From Chrysomallon squamiferum (lineage: Eukaryota; Animalia; Mollusca), in the NCBI GenBank assembly GCA_012295275.1, contig CM022671.1, forward strand, positions 2,418,001 through 2,482,000: a stretch of 64,000 nt of DNA, read 5' to 3'. Position numbers and translations under genes: made by a program. The stretch's first letter is position 1, and each line of letters opens with the position of its first letter. The notes under the pieces were generated by a model, which was not told where the DNA came from, searched no databases, and was given only the letters and a program-made list of their open reading frames with translations. This document shows, piece by piece, positions 27,470-45,273 of the stretch.

Positions 27470-29974
27470 CGCGAAAAAAACCCGTCGTCTTCCACTAACG
27501 GAAATGGTTTTGTAAAATGTCGAGGTGGAAACGAACCAGACCGTTGGCTAGAATTAGGTGACATTAAATATATTTGAAGGCTTAATGACTTCACTCAGGA
27601 TTTACCTTTTGGTTATGATTTACTTTACTATCTTTAGGGTTTTTTTCCGGGTTCTGGTAGATATATACATTTTTTTATAGATTAAGAAACAGAAGTTCTC
27701 CAAAGTTATTCCTATATATATATAAACGACCAAAACATTTTATCTTTATTTTACAGAAGAATAATTTATTTATTAAGAATGTTTTTCTTATGGTGATGTT
27801 TACTGTCATTTTTAAAATAATGGCTTTTTATTATTTTATTTTTATTTTATTTATTTATTTATTCATTCATTCATTCATGATTCAGTCGCATATTAAATAG
27901 GAATTGAGCATATCAAACACCTAATTTAACTGACTGATTAATAAATACTAGATGCCAAGGTATATGTGTGTGTATATATATACATGCATGTGTTCTTTGT
28001 GTTGGGAGTCATCTATAAAAACGGTAATTATAAGATAAAGAAAGAAAGAAAAATATCACACGCACACATATACACGTAATTATGGCATCCGGACAGTAAA
28101 CTGACTAAAGTGTTACCAGCACGCGCGATCCGGCAATAATGGGTCCTATGCACTGCCCTCTGTTGTACAAAATATACAGTGCATAGGTCACTTTCGATTG
28201 CTAGATCACGTCATTCTGGTTTTATAAAAGTGCGTTTCCATGGAATATTCAGTCATTCTATTTTTTTCTTTAAAGATAAATCAAGTATTAATTACCTTCC
28301 TTGTGAGAGAGAGGGAGAGAAAGAAGTCGTAGAATTGTTTCATACATCGAGAGCCTGATTTTATGAAAACTACCTTGTGACTAGTTTATATTCTCTAGAT
28401 ATTTAAGAAGATAACAACAGGTTATATAACTCCATGCAATAAAAAAAATAACAATAACAATAATAATAATAAGAAGAAGAATTCATGCATTAAGATAATT
28501 TTGAAGAAGCGATACAGTATATTCTGTATATATCGTTTCCGACGGTATCCGACTTTATATCAGTTGTTATGTTTGACGTTTTAGTAAAAGTGAAACAGTA
28601 TTTCAAAATTCTCAATAGTGCATTTTGGGGACCCTGAAGCTTGAAGTGTTCGGGATCCTTTGCAAGGAGCAACGAGATCTTTTTAACCACTGCCCTCTTC
28701 TTCTTCGACTTGTTCATGACAGATCAGTATAAATCTTTTAAAAATTTAACCATGAAATCTGAATTTGGATTAAAATTTGGACTAAAGTCGCTTCTGTGGT
28801 TCCTACTAGATTAGGAGCTGAAGCTTCATTAGTTTCTTAGATCTGCTCTGCAATAAAGAGCAGACTTACAAAAATAGGCAAGAAAATTACCACCAACCAA
28901 ATTTGTGAAAAACATACAAGAGACGTTCTAAATAATTATATTTTGAACCGAAGTGAAACAATGGAATTCTGTAGCCTACCGACAACAAACATTTAATTAA
29001 GTTGCCTTATTTTTTTAAGAAAACAGAGTGAATATTTGCACGTCCGCTGTAAAAATAGTCTTTCGGAATGGACCTACTAATCGTTCTCTGGTTGGCTATC
29101 CGAACATAAAAGTTTAATTACAGAAATAGTGTCTCCAAACAATTTATCTTGTATCAGTAAATCGTACAACTTTATTACCATTTGGCGGTAGCCCTGCATG
29201 CGGCACACAGGTTGGGAATCTGAGAGAGGGTTCAGCATTTTTTTATATATATTTTTAAAATTTATCTCTGTGAAGCGGCATATAAAATTGTAGGAAAAGA
29301 TGGTATTACTGAAAATAACTGGAAAAGGCTTTCGTACGCCAAAATCAAATAGTTATACTTAATTTTAATAAAGAAGATTAAGATTTTAAAAAATAATAAT
29401 AATAAATAAAAAAAAGGATCGTAAAACCTATAAATTTACGAAAACACCAGAAATTTATAATTCTCTGCTAGAAAAAAAAAAAAAAAAAAAAAAAAACGAC
29501 TAAAAACAAAAAGAAAATCTTCGAAAATATTTATTAGGAAAGTTGATTAAAAGTTAATCAATCACTGAAGTTAAACAGTACTTCGATTAAAAACTGTTTG
29601 ATGAACTAACCTATCCACCATGGTGTCGTACCGAGTTCTAGAAAAAAAAATAAAAAAAAAGAAAAAAAAACGTTGATCATACATTAGTAAAGTAATAATA
29701 TTATATTTATTAAAACACATACAAATAACTATGGAATAATCATTGTCATTATTACATGAGTGTGTTTTCTGGAACATTAATATTTATATAATTACTGTTT
29801 TACTAATAACACAATGTATAAGGAAACAACGCACACACACACACGCACGCACACACACAGACAAACACACGTATATGCTCTTAACTGTATGTTTGTGTAA
29901 TTTAATGAATCAGTTCTTTGTACGAGTAATGTTCATCATGAATATAAATGCTTATGAACAACACGTGTGTCTGT

Positions 29975-31504
29975 TTACAAACCTGGAAACAATTCATAGC
30001 ACATAGGGTGTGGTGGTTTGTGTGTCTTGCAACAATGTTCACTTTTTATGAACTCAAACTTCTGCCACGTCCCCTGGTAGCAGTAAAAAGAGACGCAGGC
30101 GCGTGTCGCCGAGTCCCCCGACTCACACTCTGGCGTCGTTGTGGGAGGACCTTGGGTTGACGGGTGCGTTTCTAGCGTTGACGTTGATGAAGCTAAAATG
30201 TAATGAACATTAATTTCATATCGCACGTCAACACACTTTTCATATAGGCAGTATCAGCGAGGACACTTGCTGCCGTCATTTATCGTGTTATTTGTTTCGA
30301 TAAGATTATTTTCGTATACGCTACTGCAAATATTACACCGTCTAATTGACGTTGTTATATTTTAGCTCCCCCACCCTCGAACGAAACATCAGAGAGGCCC
30401 CTCCAGCCCCGCATACGGCTTCTTTAGAGGTCGCGAACACCTTGATATTGCTGACAACGATTTGTCATGCATCTGAAATCGATTTTGTTTGTCATAGTGC
30501 ATCTTTAGATGGTTTTGTCCAGTGTTTTAACAGCAGTGAACATGAAACAGTATCCGATTACGTGGATGTTATTTATAAGTATAATTTCTTCGAACGGAAT
30601 TAGTCTCTTCTGTTCCAGACATGTAGACAATGTTACTATGCTACATGTAGAAATGTCATGCAATGGGTCGTGTAGGTCGCGTGAAAATAGGAACTGTACT
30701 AATTAATCGAAGATGTAACATGCATGAAAATCGTTAAACAGACGTTGCAATATTAACTGAAAATTGTGCTAAAATTATAGTCGTACGTATCTGAATATAA
30801 TTGTTGGCGTGTTTGAATGAATTTAAGCAAAAGAGGATGCATGTCTGCGTAGGTAATTTATTATAAATAATATGGTTAAGTGAGGTGAAAAAAGGGAATT
30901 TTAGTGCGAATAATGAAATATCTCTCCATCTATCTCAGGATTTCCCGATGTAGGGAAATTTGAAATAGACAAATTGTAGTTTGAATGTTTCTGAACTCTT
31001 TAATGTCGATAGCTAAGAAACTATGCCATACCTGATAAGTAAATTATTAAATAAAACTTTACTTGTTTTATGAAATATTCTAATGAATACACCGGCCGCT
31101 TCTAACACGTGTTATAATCGTATAAGTTCACAGCTTACAGCAGTTGTGGGAGTGGGGTGGGATCAAAAGTTTGTTTACGGGACTTGGTCCCAAAACGTGG
31201 AGAACTGCTGATCATCCATCTTTATTTTCTTTTATCGATCTATTTATCAGTCTGGGTGTCTGAAGTTAGGTCTGTCTGTATGTCTCTCTGTAATAGAGAT
31301 TTAAAATACACAAGCGCATACAATATAATTTTATTCAAATGCTAGTGTATATATGTATGTGCGTGCGGACGTATGTGCGTATCTTTATATGAACGTATAT
31401 ATGAGTTTGCACATTACTGTTTAAATTCTAAATATATATTTACCACCGTAGATGCGCACTGCAAAGAGGCAGAAGAAACACAAAGTCAGTCTCCTAATAT
31501 TCAT
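29975..31504 (-). CDS. small secreted cysteine-rich protein, 92 aa, unknown family
   Basis: Exon 31504-31444 (MNIRRLTLCFFCLFAVRIYG, GTAAAT donor, phase 1) joins exon 30192-29975 (TTTTAG acceptor, phase 1): ASSTSTLETHPSTQGPPTTTPECESGDSATRACVSFYCYQGTWQKFEFIKSEHCCKTHKPPHPMCYELFPGL*. TATA-like element at ~31582-31590; exons are GC-richer than flanks. Confidence 0.72.
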
Positions 31505-31632
31505 TCTCCAGGTAAATCGAGTTCGACCGCTTGTTAAACCACTTTTAAGAGAGGCTGTCTCCTAAAGAAAATGCATTTTACATATATAAAATTTAGGTGA
31601 AAATCCAATAATTTCATTAATATTTTTATATA

Positions 31633-32096
31633 CAGTAGTACCCGTCTTGTACGGACACGCTTGGGGCCGAGCAAAAGTGTCCCTATATTGTCCTATCATC
31701 AGAGGGACACAAATAACAGACAGTCATCAAAATTACGTACCAAATGGTTTGAACTCGCACGGTTTGGCGTGCAAGCGTTTGGCGATTGCAGTTCTTGGGA
31801 TTCTTGGGATTCGACGAATCGACAAAACCAATACTGCCTGCATGAACTATGCACTGCGGGAAATAGGCGACGCTTTCTTTAAAAATATCGAATAAAGCTG
31901 CTGTAAAATAAAATCTAAATTGGTATGACTGTCCGCTTTAGCAGTGGAATAATAATGTAAAAAATGCTGTTCGCGTACAGCAAATATCCGCTTATCTAAG
32001 GGATATATCTACTGAAGAACAATCGGGACTCTGAAAAACGCCCGTACATCGCAGGTGGCCGCTCTTCTCGGGAGCCGCTATGGACGAGTACCACTG
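31633..32096. mobile_element. pogo/Tigger-type MITE
   Basis: TA target duplications; imperfect TIRs CAGTAGTACCCGTC... and ...GACGAGTACCACTG; no transposase. Confidence 0.8.
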
Positions 32097-32878
32097 TACT
32101 TAATTTGAAAGAGAGAGAGAGAGAATCAGATTTAGCCGTGGGCAAAATTGGGCAAAATTTTGGCAAAACTTGGGCAAAACAAAATAAAATAACACTAGTG
32201 AATTTATCTGTCCAAAATCAAACCAAAGAGTCTTCATATGCCCATGAAAGAAACAAAAAAAGAAGGGGGGGAATAAAGTTAGTGGTATATGTTATCCTTT
32301 ATAATAACTGTCAGCTTCATAAGGCATATGTTTTATCAAAATACTTTTGCTTTTTAAAAACTAAAAGACGATGATACAGATGATATGCAGATAACATCTG
32401 AATAAGACTGTCTGTACGTCAGTACGTGGAGACCTGTATGAAAATGTTATCCTGTAACAAACACGAATCACTTTATATTAATAAGTACTATACAGTAGAT
32501 TTTTAACAGTATATACCCTGTTAACAACTCTTGATATCTTTCTTATAACAAAAAATGTCCTTGCAACAACTGTATGTCAAATTAACCTTCGATAACGGAA
32601 GCGTCAAGTATACAGAGATAAGTACGTCTAGGTTAAATAACCTTTCTTCTCTATTTATAAACGTTAAGAGCCAAATGAATGTTGAAAATAAATTATTTGG
32701 TTAATGGGTCCGAATATTATGAAGGAATTAGCAGTTTTGTATGTTATACTTGACTTTCTTTCTTTCTTTTCTCACTTTACATATTACAGTTTAACGTCCA
32801 CGACATAATAATAATAATAATAATAATAGTAATAATAATAATAATAGAACAAATAAAAGGAACAAAGACTACAGTGCA

Positions 32879-32979
<101 letters not shown>

Positions 32980-33472
32980 TAATCTTATCTTTAAATACAT
33001 ATACAGAAAAACCCTCATCGAATATAATTCTAAATAGAATAACATTTTAATGTTTTGCTGTATCATACATATTATTGTTATCAGCCGTAGAACCAGACGA
33101 AACATCTTGACAAAGACGCTTACAAGAGATAAAGATGTATATGACTCATGCGCATCCTTCAATAAGAACGCTTTTTTCCCCTTTGTTTTAACGAAGCATA
33201 ATTCGTATTTCATATTTCATATTTATATGTTTTAAGCACGCTAGTAAAATTTAACTGACAATCCTATTTTGTCAGTTTAACCAAAGAATGAATTAAAAAA
33301 AAAAAGGGGGGGAAAAAGATGAACCAGTTTTGTAATAAAAATCATTCGTTGATCTGTGACATAATTTATGTATTATGAATTATAACTTATTCAATATACA
33401 CATATAATTAATGACGTAATAGAACGTATAAAATAAGACGGTGTGGCTGTTTCAGAATCAAGCTTGGACAAA

Positions 33473-37004
<3,532 letters not shown>

Positions 37005-38576
37005 ATTTGTGTTCTCGGTTGTATCTCGCTACTTCTGTGTGTAACTGAGTTTTCCGCTGTTGAACAAGGATTATAAAAAGTTACACATTATTCTTTAATG
37101 ACATTAACATACGTTATAACAATAAATTATAATGACAATATATGTATGTTTGTGTTTTTTTGTTGTTGTTGTTTTTTGTGTGTCTTTGTGTGGATTTGTT
37201 GTTGTAATTGTTGTTGTTGTTTTGTGTATGTGTAAAATATATTTTGATTGCAAGAAAAATGTTGAGTACATAAGAAAAACTGTGTATTTAAATGAATACA
37301 CATACACATATACACAGACTCACACATACGTGCATACATACATATATAAAAACACACACACAATGTAAAACTGCATGCACACCTGAACACATGTACACAG
37401 AGAGATACATGCACACACACACACACACATGAAAATATATATACAAACATAATGCTAGAAATGTTTTTCCTCACTGTTGTGAAGTAGTTAGTTAAGTTTG
37501 CACAGATATTCCCATATATCTCAAACACTATCTTTGCAAAGAACGCGAAGCCTGGAGCATTAACAGATTAAGTTTAGAAACATGAGGAATATCCACTGCC
37601 CTCTAAATATCGCTTAGCCTGCTTTCATGTTATCAAAGAAACGTAATTAATATAATTAAAATAAATGCATGCATGTATGCAAAACAAGGAACAACGATAA
37701 GACAGAAAGAAAGTAGTAATTGATGATAATAATAGTGTACACTGAATACGATACTGTTTTGCCTAAACGGATCGGCAAAGTTGGAAAGGGAGTCAACCGC
37801 GTTAATGTAAATAATCTCTTGAATAATTAAAATGTACCTTGTTAATAGTATTTTATACTGATGGTTGATCATCGAACGATCAAAAGTAAAGGGGTTTGGG
37901 CAAGCACTGGGGCATTTCTGGGCCAGATCTGAGGTTAAATACATAATATCAGTAAACTCATTATACAACTCAACTCGCATTAGCCAAAATCAGCTGAGCA
38001 GCAAAGGCGGTGTTACAAAGAGATTTGACAGTACTGTTCAAAATGCAGTCCATATCTTATATTCCATAAAATTATGAAATCCACATTGTTTTGAAATTAT
38101 ATTCACACACATATATACACACAGACACACACGCATACACATACACACACACATACACATACATCAACCTGCGAAGATCGAATAATTGATTCTATTACAA
38201 TTGGATGTATTTAATCAGTACATACTTTAATAGTATGGTGTAAATGACTGAAAATAACATTACAATTACACTTCATTTTTCATACATTTGTCATTAATCG
38301 TTATTAATCTTAATCTGACAATTTTTTTTTATATATACTTTTTGTAATGATGTGCAAAAAGCGAGAAAGAAAGAAAGAATAATAATTTATAAAATGAATG
38401 TGGATAGTGAAAAAAATAAATAAAAAATAAAAATTATCGTCACTACTGCTGTAAGCAAATAGATATATATTAGTGTGTCAAACAGAGGTTAATATGTGAG
38501 AAAACACATATGCTTGCTGGAATGTTTGCAATCTGTGATGAATCTACGATGACCGGTGCTCTGTTTTGCCACGGAC

Positions 38577-39649
38577 ATGTACTGGATAATACAATTCATA
38601 ATCTTAGTACTTCGTAAGTTTTATACTTGTTTTAAAAGTGTATATTATTTTTTTTATTTTTTTTTTTATTTCTTATACCAGCACTAAATCAAATAATGTA
38701 ACAGTTGACAAGATATCAAAAACTGTACAAGGGTTTCCCGATTTGTGGTTAAACTTTATATTGGTCCTCGTACATGCAGTAAATGGGTCATTTTCTAGTT
38801 CCAGAAAGTACATCAAAATATTGGTAGGTGTACTCTTGTCTTTGAGAAGGTGACTATTTAAGTAAGATTTTATCTATCTACAAAAAAAACAACTCCTGAC
38901 ACATTTTCAGATATATTAACATCTTTCTGAAATAATGACCTTTTATGCAGTAGGAGTTTCTTTATTAATCCAACCTTTACTACGTACTATTACCACCACC
39001 ACTACCATCGCTAACCCTTCTCGTAATAGTCAAAACAGTAATAGTGGTTGTAGTAGTATAGTAGTAGTATAGTAGTAGTAGCAGTAATAACAGAGGTTGT
39101 TGATAATTAGATTGATGTTGATGACAATAACTACAACAGAGGTAAATAAAGAAATAATGTTTTAAAAAATACGAAAGAACTGTCTATCAGTCTGTTTGTC
39201 TTTGAGTATAATTTATAATTTCTTTTCTTTTTTTTTCTTTTTTTCAGCATCTGTTCTCGATGGCTTCGATAAGATCGCTCTTTGCAATACAATGGAAGCC
39301 GTTAACTGTAAAATTTGGCGATCAAACATCATCTGTGGATCTGATGGCAAAACATATTTTAATTTGTACGTAATAATTTAATATTTCAGTACGGACAAAA
39401 TGTAAAATAAATCATCACATTGTTTCTTAACAATATGTTGAATCAGTAAGTGTAGATGGAATTAAAACAATGTTCACTGCCTTGAATGTGAAATTGTTGA
39501 CACCGAGAGATAATTTTAAAAAAAAACACCCCAAAACCAAACAATTAAAACAAATGTCATGTCAAATGTTGTGTAGTACTGGTAGTAGTATTGGCAACAG
39601 CGATACATAATCGTCATTATCATCTTCATTTGGCTAATTTATGTCTGTA

Positions 39650-39744
<95 letters not shown>

Positions 39745-40000
39745 ATCAATAAATAAAAATAAATATGTTTTCTTTGCAGATGCAAATTTGTGAAAGCACA
39801 GTGTAAAAATTCAAACCTCTACGTTAAACATAAAGGAAGATGTATCAAACAAACTGCGATGGCACAGGCAAACAACATCATCCTCAGCCTCGTTTGTTTT
39901 GACATCGTGAAACTCGACTGCAGCAGGCAGAAAACTGCACACAACATATGCGGCAGCGACAGCCAAACATACTTGAATAAGTATGTATCAGTTAGGTTTA

Positions 40001-40043
<43 letters not shown>

Positions 40044-40080
40044 ATGTGTATATGTATGTATGTATGTATACATGTGTGTC

Positions 40081-40116
<36 letters not shown>

Positions 40117-40340
40117 CACATTTTATTAGAAAATCCGCCTCAAGTATACTGTATAATTATTAAATTAAAACTTAACCAGCTTTTTCTGTATAGTTATTAT
40201 GTAATTGTGTTAATTAATTAATGTATTTACTTACTTTTTATTTATTTATTTTTGTATTTATATTTTCTAGCTGTTATTTTGAGAAATCCCGGTGTAAGAA
40301 TCATGCATTGCACGTGAAGAATACTGGACCATGCGCTTAG
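38577..40340 (+). CDS. secreted two-domain Kazal-type (follistatin/SPINK-like) protein, ~141 aa
   Basis: Exons 38577-38613 (MYWIIQFIILVL), 39248-39365, 39780-39980, 40271-40340. Two Kazal motifs: ICGSDGKTYFNLCKFVKAQC...KGRC and ICGSDSQTYLNNCYFEKSRC...TGPC, each split by a phase-2 intron at the same position. Confidence 0.88.
39654..39742. repeat. (TG)n microsatellite
   Basis: Read directly; lies in Kazal gene intron 2. Confidence 0.95.
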
Positions 40341-41387
40341 TAAAATAAGATTTTTTTTATAATTAATTAATTAATTTGTTATTTATTTATTTATTATTTA
40401 TTTATTTATTTATTTATTTATTATTTATTTATTTATTTTTATTCATTATTATTATTTTTTTTTTTTTTTTTTTTGTCATTTGTAGATAAATAATGCTGTT
40501 CATTAAATTGCACCCTTCGTGGTACGTACATAATATTATCACGTCAATTATTTCCACAGTTCCATTTTGTTATGGTTGAAGAATTATATTAATTTCAATA
40601 AATCATCAAAAATGAATGATTTCTGCATATGAACACACACACTTTTTGTTCTTCCAAATTAAAAATATGGCGACATCACTTTGCTGATAATAAAGTAAGA
40701 CAGTAAAATGTTGATGTGGTGAAAATAAATGAAAATTAACATTTCCTTTTATATATCATTAATATTATAATTATACATCAGATCCATGTTCTCAGTAGAC
40801 TCAGCAGATCAACACAAAGTTGCCGCACACCCAGATTCAATAAATGTGTTTACTTGTTTATTTATTTATATTACTGATTATTCCATTTAAATCTCTGTGT
40901 AAAAAAAATTACATAAAATTGAAAGAAAATGTCGATTTTTTTGTATGATCACGAGATTGTTTAATTACTAAACTTTACTTTCAGTGAACAATAGTTGTTA
41001 TTAAGAAATTAACCATCATATATAAATATACAAAGCATACTTAGGCTCCATGTTTGCATTTGTAATGGGAGTAGTTGGATCATATGATACAAATATGTTG
41101 GAAGCCTACTATAATGTATATATATATATGTACATAACTCACTGGTTACTCACTACATAAAATCAGTGTCGAACGAATAAACAACCAAGACGGTGTTTGG
41201 AAATAAAGGACTTTAATACTAGGTAATCCCTGATATAGAAATATTATCACATGCAACATTGTGACTCTTTAGTCTCCAGGTTAATAAAGCTAATTAAAAC
41301 AACTGCAAAACAAAAACCCTGATGTTTTGATAAAAACAGAATAATTTTACACAAATATATTCAACAAACTTATAATCAAATACACAG

Positions 41388-42471
41388 TATTAATACACAG
41401 TTCATTACAATCAAACCTAAGGAGAAGTTAGTCACATGCAGTTAAATAATAACTGTTAAAGTTCATTAGTCATAGTTTTGGTGAGCAGTTATCCATGATT
41501 ACAACTGCTACAGTGCAATATTCCCTATCCATATTATTACATGATATCATCATCAAGTAGACCTAACATAATACGTAACTTTTAACATCTTTAATATAGT
41601 CCCACTCACTCTGATGCTAATGAAATAATTTATCAGTATAAAATAGGTGATCATTAAATCACTTAAGAAATTCTATTTATGTAATACCAGGCTTCTATTG
41701 TCTTTTGTAGTAATGCATTAACACCTAGCTAATACCAGATTTTTGTGATGATTTCATGTTTATTTATTTCAGTCATTTGGACACCTGGCATACTAATACC
41801 AATACCATACATCTGCCTGTAATCACTTATACTGCTTATGTTATCTATTTTATTGTATAAAAGTCTCTATAAAAATTCATTATACATATATCAGGGATTA
41901 ATAAACATTTTGAAGACATACATACATGAACTTCGTGGAATTGTTATTTATATTTTGGTCAAATTGAAAACATAAATATAATATCACATCAAAAAAAAAA
42001 AAAAAGAATAACTGTTATACAACACAATACATAAAAATACAATTACTAGCACATCTAAATTAAAAATTACACATAAATATAAAATATAAGCAGTATTGTA
42101 AATAGTGATGTCAGTAGCACTTATCCCACATGACCAGTGTCGCCCACTGAACAGAAATAATGAATATGTATCAGCTGAGTTTACTGAGAAAATAGTCAGT
42201 GTATCAGTCATGTTTATTTTAAAATATATTTCAATGTGAAAATTAATATAGATCATGTTAATTATTATAAATTGTAACCACTGTTATACACTTGAAGTTA
42301 TGCCAAGTCTCATCTTTAATATATAATATCTTAATTATTGTTTTTAGTAGACATGTTAAAATGAAAACAATAAACCTAAATTAATTACTGACCTTAGCTG
42401 ATCTTTAGCACATATATGGAACCACTATTAACCAAATATAAAATGCTTTCTTTCACTGACAGTTGTTTAAG

Positions 42472-42472
<1 letters not shown>
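41388..42472 (+). repeat. ~1.1 kb module, copy A (direct repeat of 43268-44152; inverted copy at 54669-55788)
   Basis: Long near-identical stretches; the same spurious ORF (..NMTDTLTIFSVNSAD..GRHWSCGIS..) appears three times in the ORF track, at 41984-, 43684- and 54901+. Confidence 0.92.
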
Positions 42473-42506
<34 letters not shown>

Positions 42507-42517
42507 CATTATTATCC

Positions 42518-44249
42518 AGAAATTAATGACCTTGTATATTAACTTTTAGTGAGTAATATTTATATGATTTCAATATAATTAAATACACGAAGAAAGGAAA
42601 TCTAAGTGTCTATTTAATGATTTACATTGGAACTTAATTAGTTTGAGAAAGACGTCTAATAAATAATTACACAATTATGCCATCACAGTTGTTATTGTCT
42701 TTGTTATTGTAGTTATTATTATGATTATTATTTAATAATGATGTATTTAAGATCCTCAGTCGTCATTTAATGGGCAGTTCCATTAACTGTACCCCCTTAA
42801 TAAAAATTTAAGTGGTACGAAATATTTAATACAGAAACAGCTACAATTTCAAAGCGGCAGTGGTAAGGAATCATTTATTTATTTATTTATTTATTTTTAA
42901 TGAAATTATTTGATACTTTTATAGACTTTTTTTTTCACAGCCACTGCATATATTATAATGCAGTATACTTCTGTAACAAATTTCAACAATCACCAAAAAA
43001 TTAACAAAACACAATATATAGTTTCTGTGCTTGCAAGAGATATCATTTCCATGAATTTAACAAAATGCACATTAAAGAAAACATGCTTCTTTGTTTTGAA
43101 TTCAACTACTGCAAAACTGCCGAATCAAAGGATGAACAAGTTTTTCACTTTTACATGGTGAAATTTCATTATCCTCATCAATTGTGTGATACCTTATAAT
43201 CAGACATTTTCATCATTTTCTTTAGTTCGATTTATTATTACATAACTTTTTTTAATATGCAAATACATATTAATACACAGTTCATTACAACCAAACCTAA
43301 GAATAAGTCAGTCACATGCAGTTAAATATTAAGATTAACTGTTAATGTTCATTAGTCATAGTTTTGGTGAGGAGTTATCCATGATTACAACTGCTACAAT
43401 GCAATATTCCCTATCCATATTAGTACATGATATCATCATCATAAGTTCAAGTAGAACTAACAGAATACAAAACTTTTAACGTCTTTTAATATGCTCCCAC
43501 TCACTCTGATGCAGTATTGTAAATTCATTATACATAATATAAGGGATTAATGATAATTGAACAATAAACCTTTTGAAGACATACATACACAAACTTCGTG
43601 TAATTATTATTTTTATTATGGTCATAGTGAAAACACAAATTAATATCACCGACACATTAAACAAAAATAAATAATAACTGTTATCATAAAAATACAATTA
43701 CTAGCACATCTAAATTAAAAATTACACATAAATATAAAATATAAGCAGTATTGTAAATAGTGATGTCAGTAGCACTTATCCCACATGACCAGTGTCGCCC
43801 ACTGAACAGAAATAATGAATATGTATCAGCTGAGTTTACTGAGAAAATAGTCAGTGTATCAGTCATGTTTATTTTAAAATATATTTCAATGTGAAAATTA
43901 ATATAGATCACATTAATTATTATAAATTGTAACCACTGTTACGTTTAAAGTTATGCCAAGTCCACCAGTAAAATATAGTTATTGTCTCATCTTTTAATAT
44001 ATAATATCTTAATTATTCTTTTTAGTAGACATGTTAAAATGAAAGCAATAAACCTAAATTAATTACTGACCTTAGCTGATCTTTAGCACATATATGGAAC
44101 CACTATTAACCAAGTATAAAATGCTTTCTTTCACTGACAGTTGTTTAAGGTTCTGCACAGTCAAGGGCCAGAGTGCAATGCCTTACTCTCTTCAGACAAA
44201 ATAAAATTTTAACTTGCTAATCAAAGCCAGTGATGTGAAGCACGTTCAC

Positions 44250-44295
<46 letters not shown>

Positions 44296-44811
44296 AATAA
44301 ATAAATATATATATATATATATACACACATGCACACACACACTCACATGTATATACAAATAAACATATATACATATACATATATACACACACACACATAT
44401 ATATATATGTGTGTATATATATATATATATAAACACCTATATTTATTTATATATATATATTTATATATACATATACACAATCACATATACACATATATTT
44501 ATGTATAAAGGTTAGCTCATTGTTCGAAAAATTGGACTTATAGCCTTACCATAATTAGCCAACATCTCTTTATAAAGACTAATTTTGTAGACTGGATACA
44601 CATGGTCAGCGAGATTCATTGTTTTGTTTATCAAGACTACAATTACTACATAATTTTAGGGCAACTAACCCATAATTGTTATAAACAGTGACATTGTTAT
44701 TACAGTAGTAATTTGTTAAATAATATCTACAAAACGTTTATGTTCTAAACATGACATATATTAATATAGAAGTACACTACATATCTTTTAATTAAATAAA
44801 ATGAATGGATC

Positions 44812-44816
<5 letters not shown>
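42518..44816 (+). repeat. left arm of large inverted repeat
   Basis: Reverse complement of 53924-56531, e.g. ORFs 42958+ and 55896- are near-identical (MQYTSVTNFNNHQKINKT...). The arm ends at the (GA)n tract starting ~44817. Confidence 0.92.
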
Positions 44817-44867
<51 letters not shown>

Positions 44868-45273
44868 GGGTTGGTTTTAATGTGCTTGCCACTCATAGGC
44901 TAAAGAAATTGTACTTAGTTTATATAATATGAATGGTTATAACTTATGATCTACTTGAAAGCAAATTGAGAGAGAATTAAAATATTATGCACATATCATA
45001 TATGTAATGATTAAATGCAAAATTTGTACTAAATGATATTAACTTAAAAACTATTTTTTCTTTAATTACATTTCCTGATCACAGAATAACACAGTACTGT
45101 TGCTGATGACATTGTTGCACCCCCACACTCCACAAAAATGGTCATCAAAATACCACACATCTTCAATTTAATATTGTTCTACCCATGATGTGATGAATTA
45201 TTCGCTGGAACAAATGCTGACTCACTGGAAAAATCTAGTTCTTCTTAAGTTGAACCTGGGAGTCAGTGGTATT

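Noticed and set aside
28490-28717. ORF MNKSKKKRAVVKKISLLL... as a gene
   Set aside because: No recognisable domain or consistent exon chain; probably a TE remnant.
30346-30706. GC-richer plus-strand ORFs inside the peptide gene's intron
   Set aside because: No frame on either strand gives a phase-compatible exon or a motif; left unassigned, possibly a repeat.
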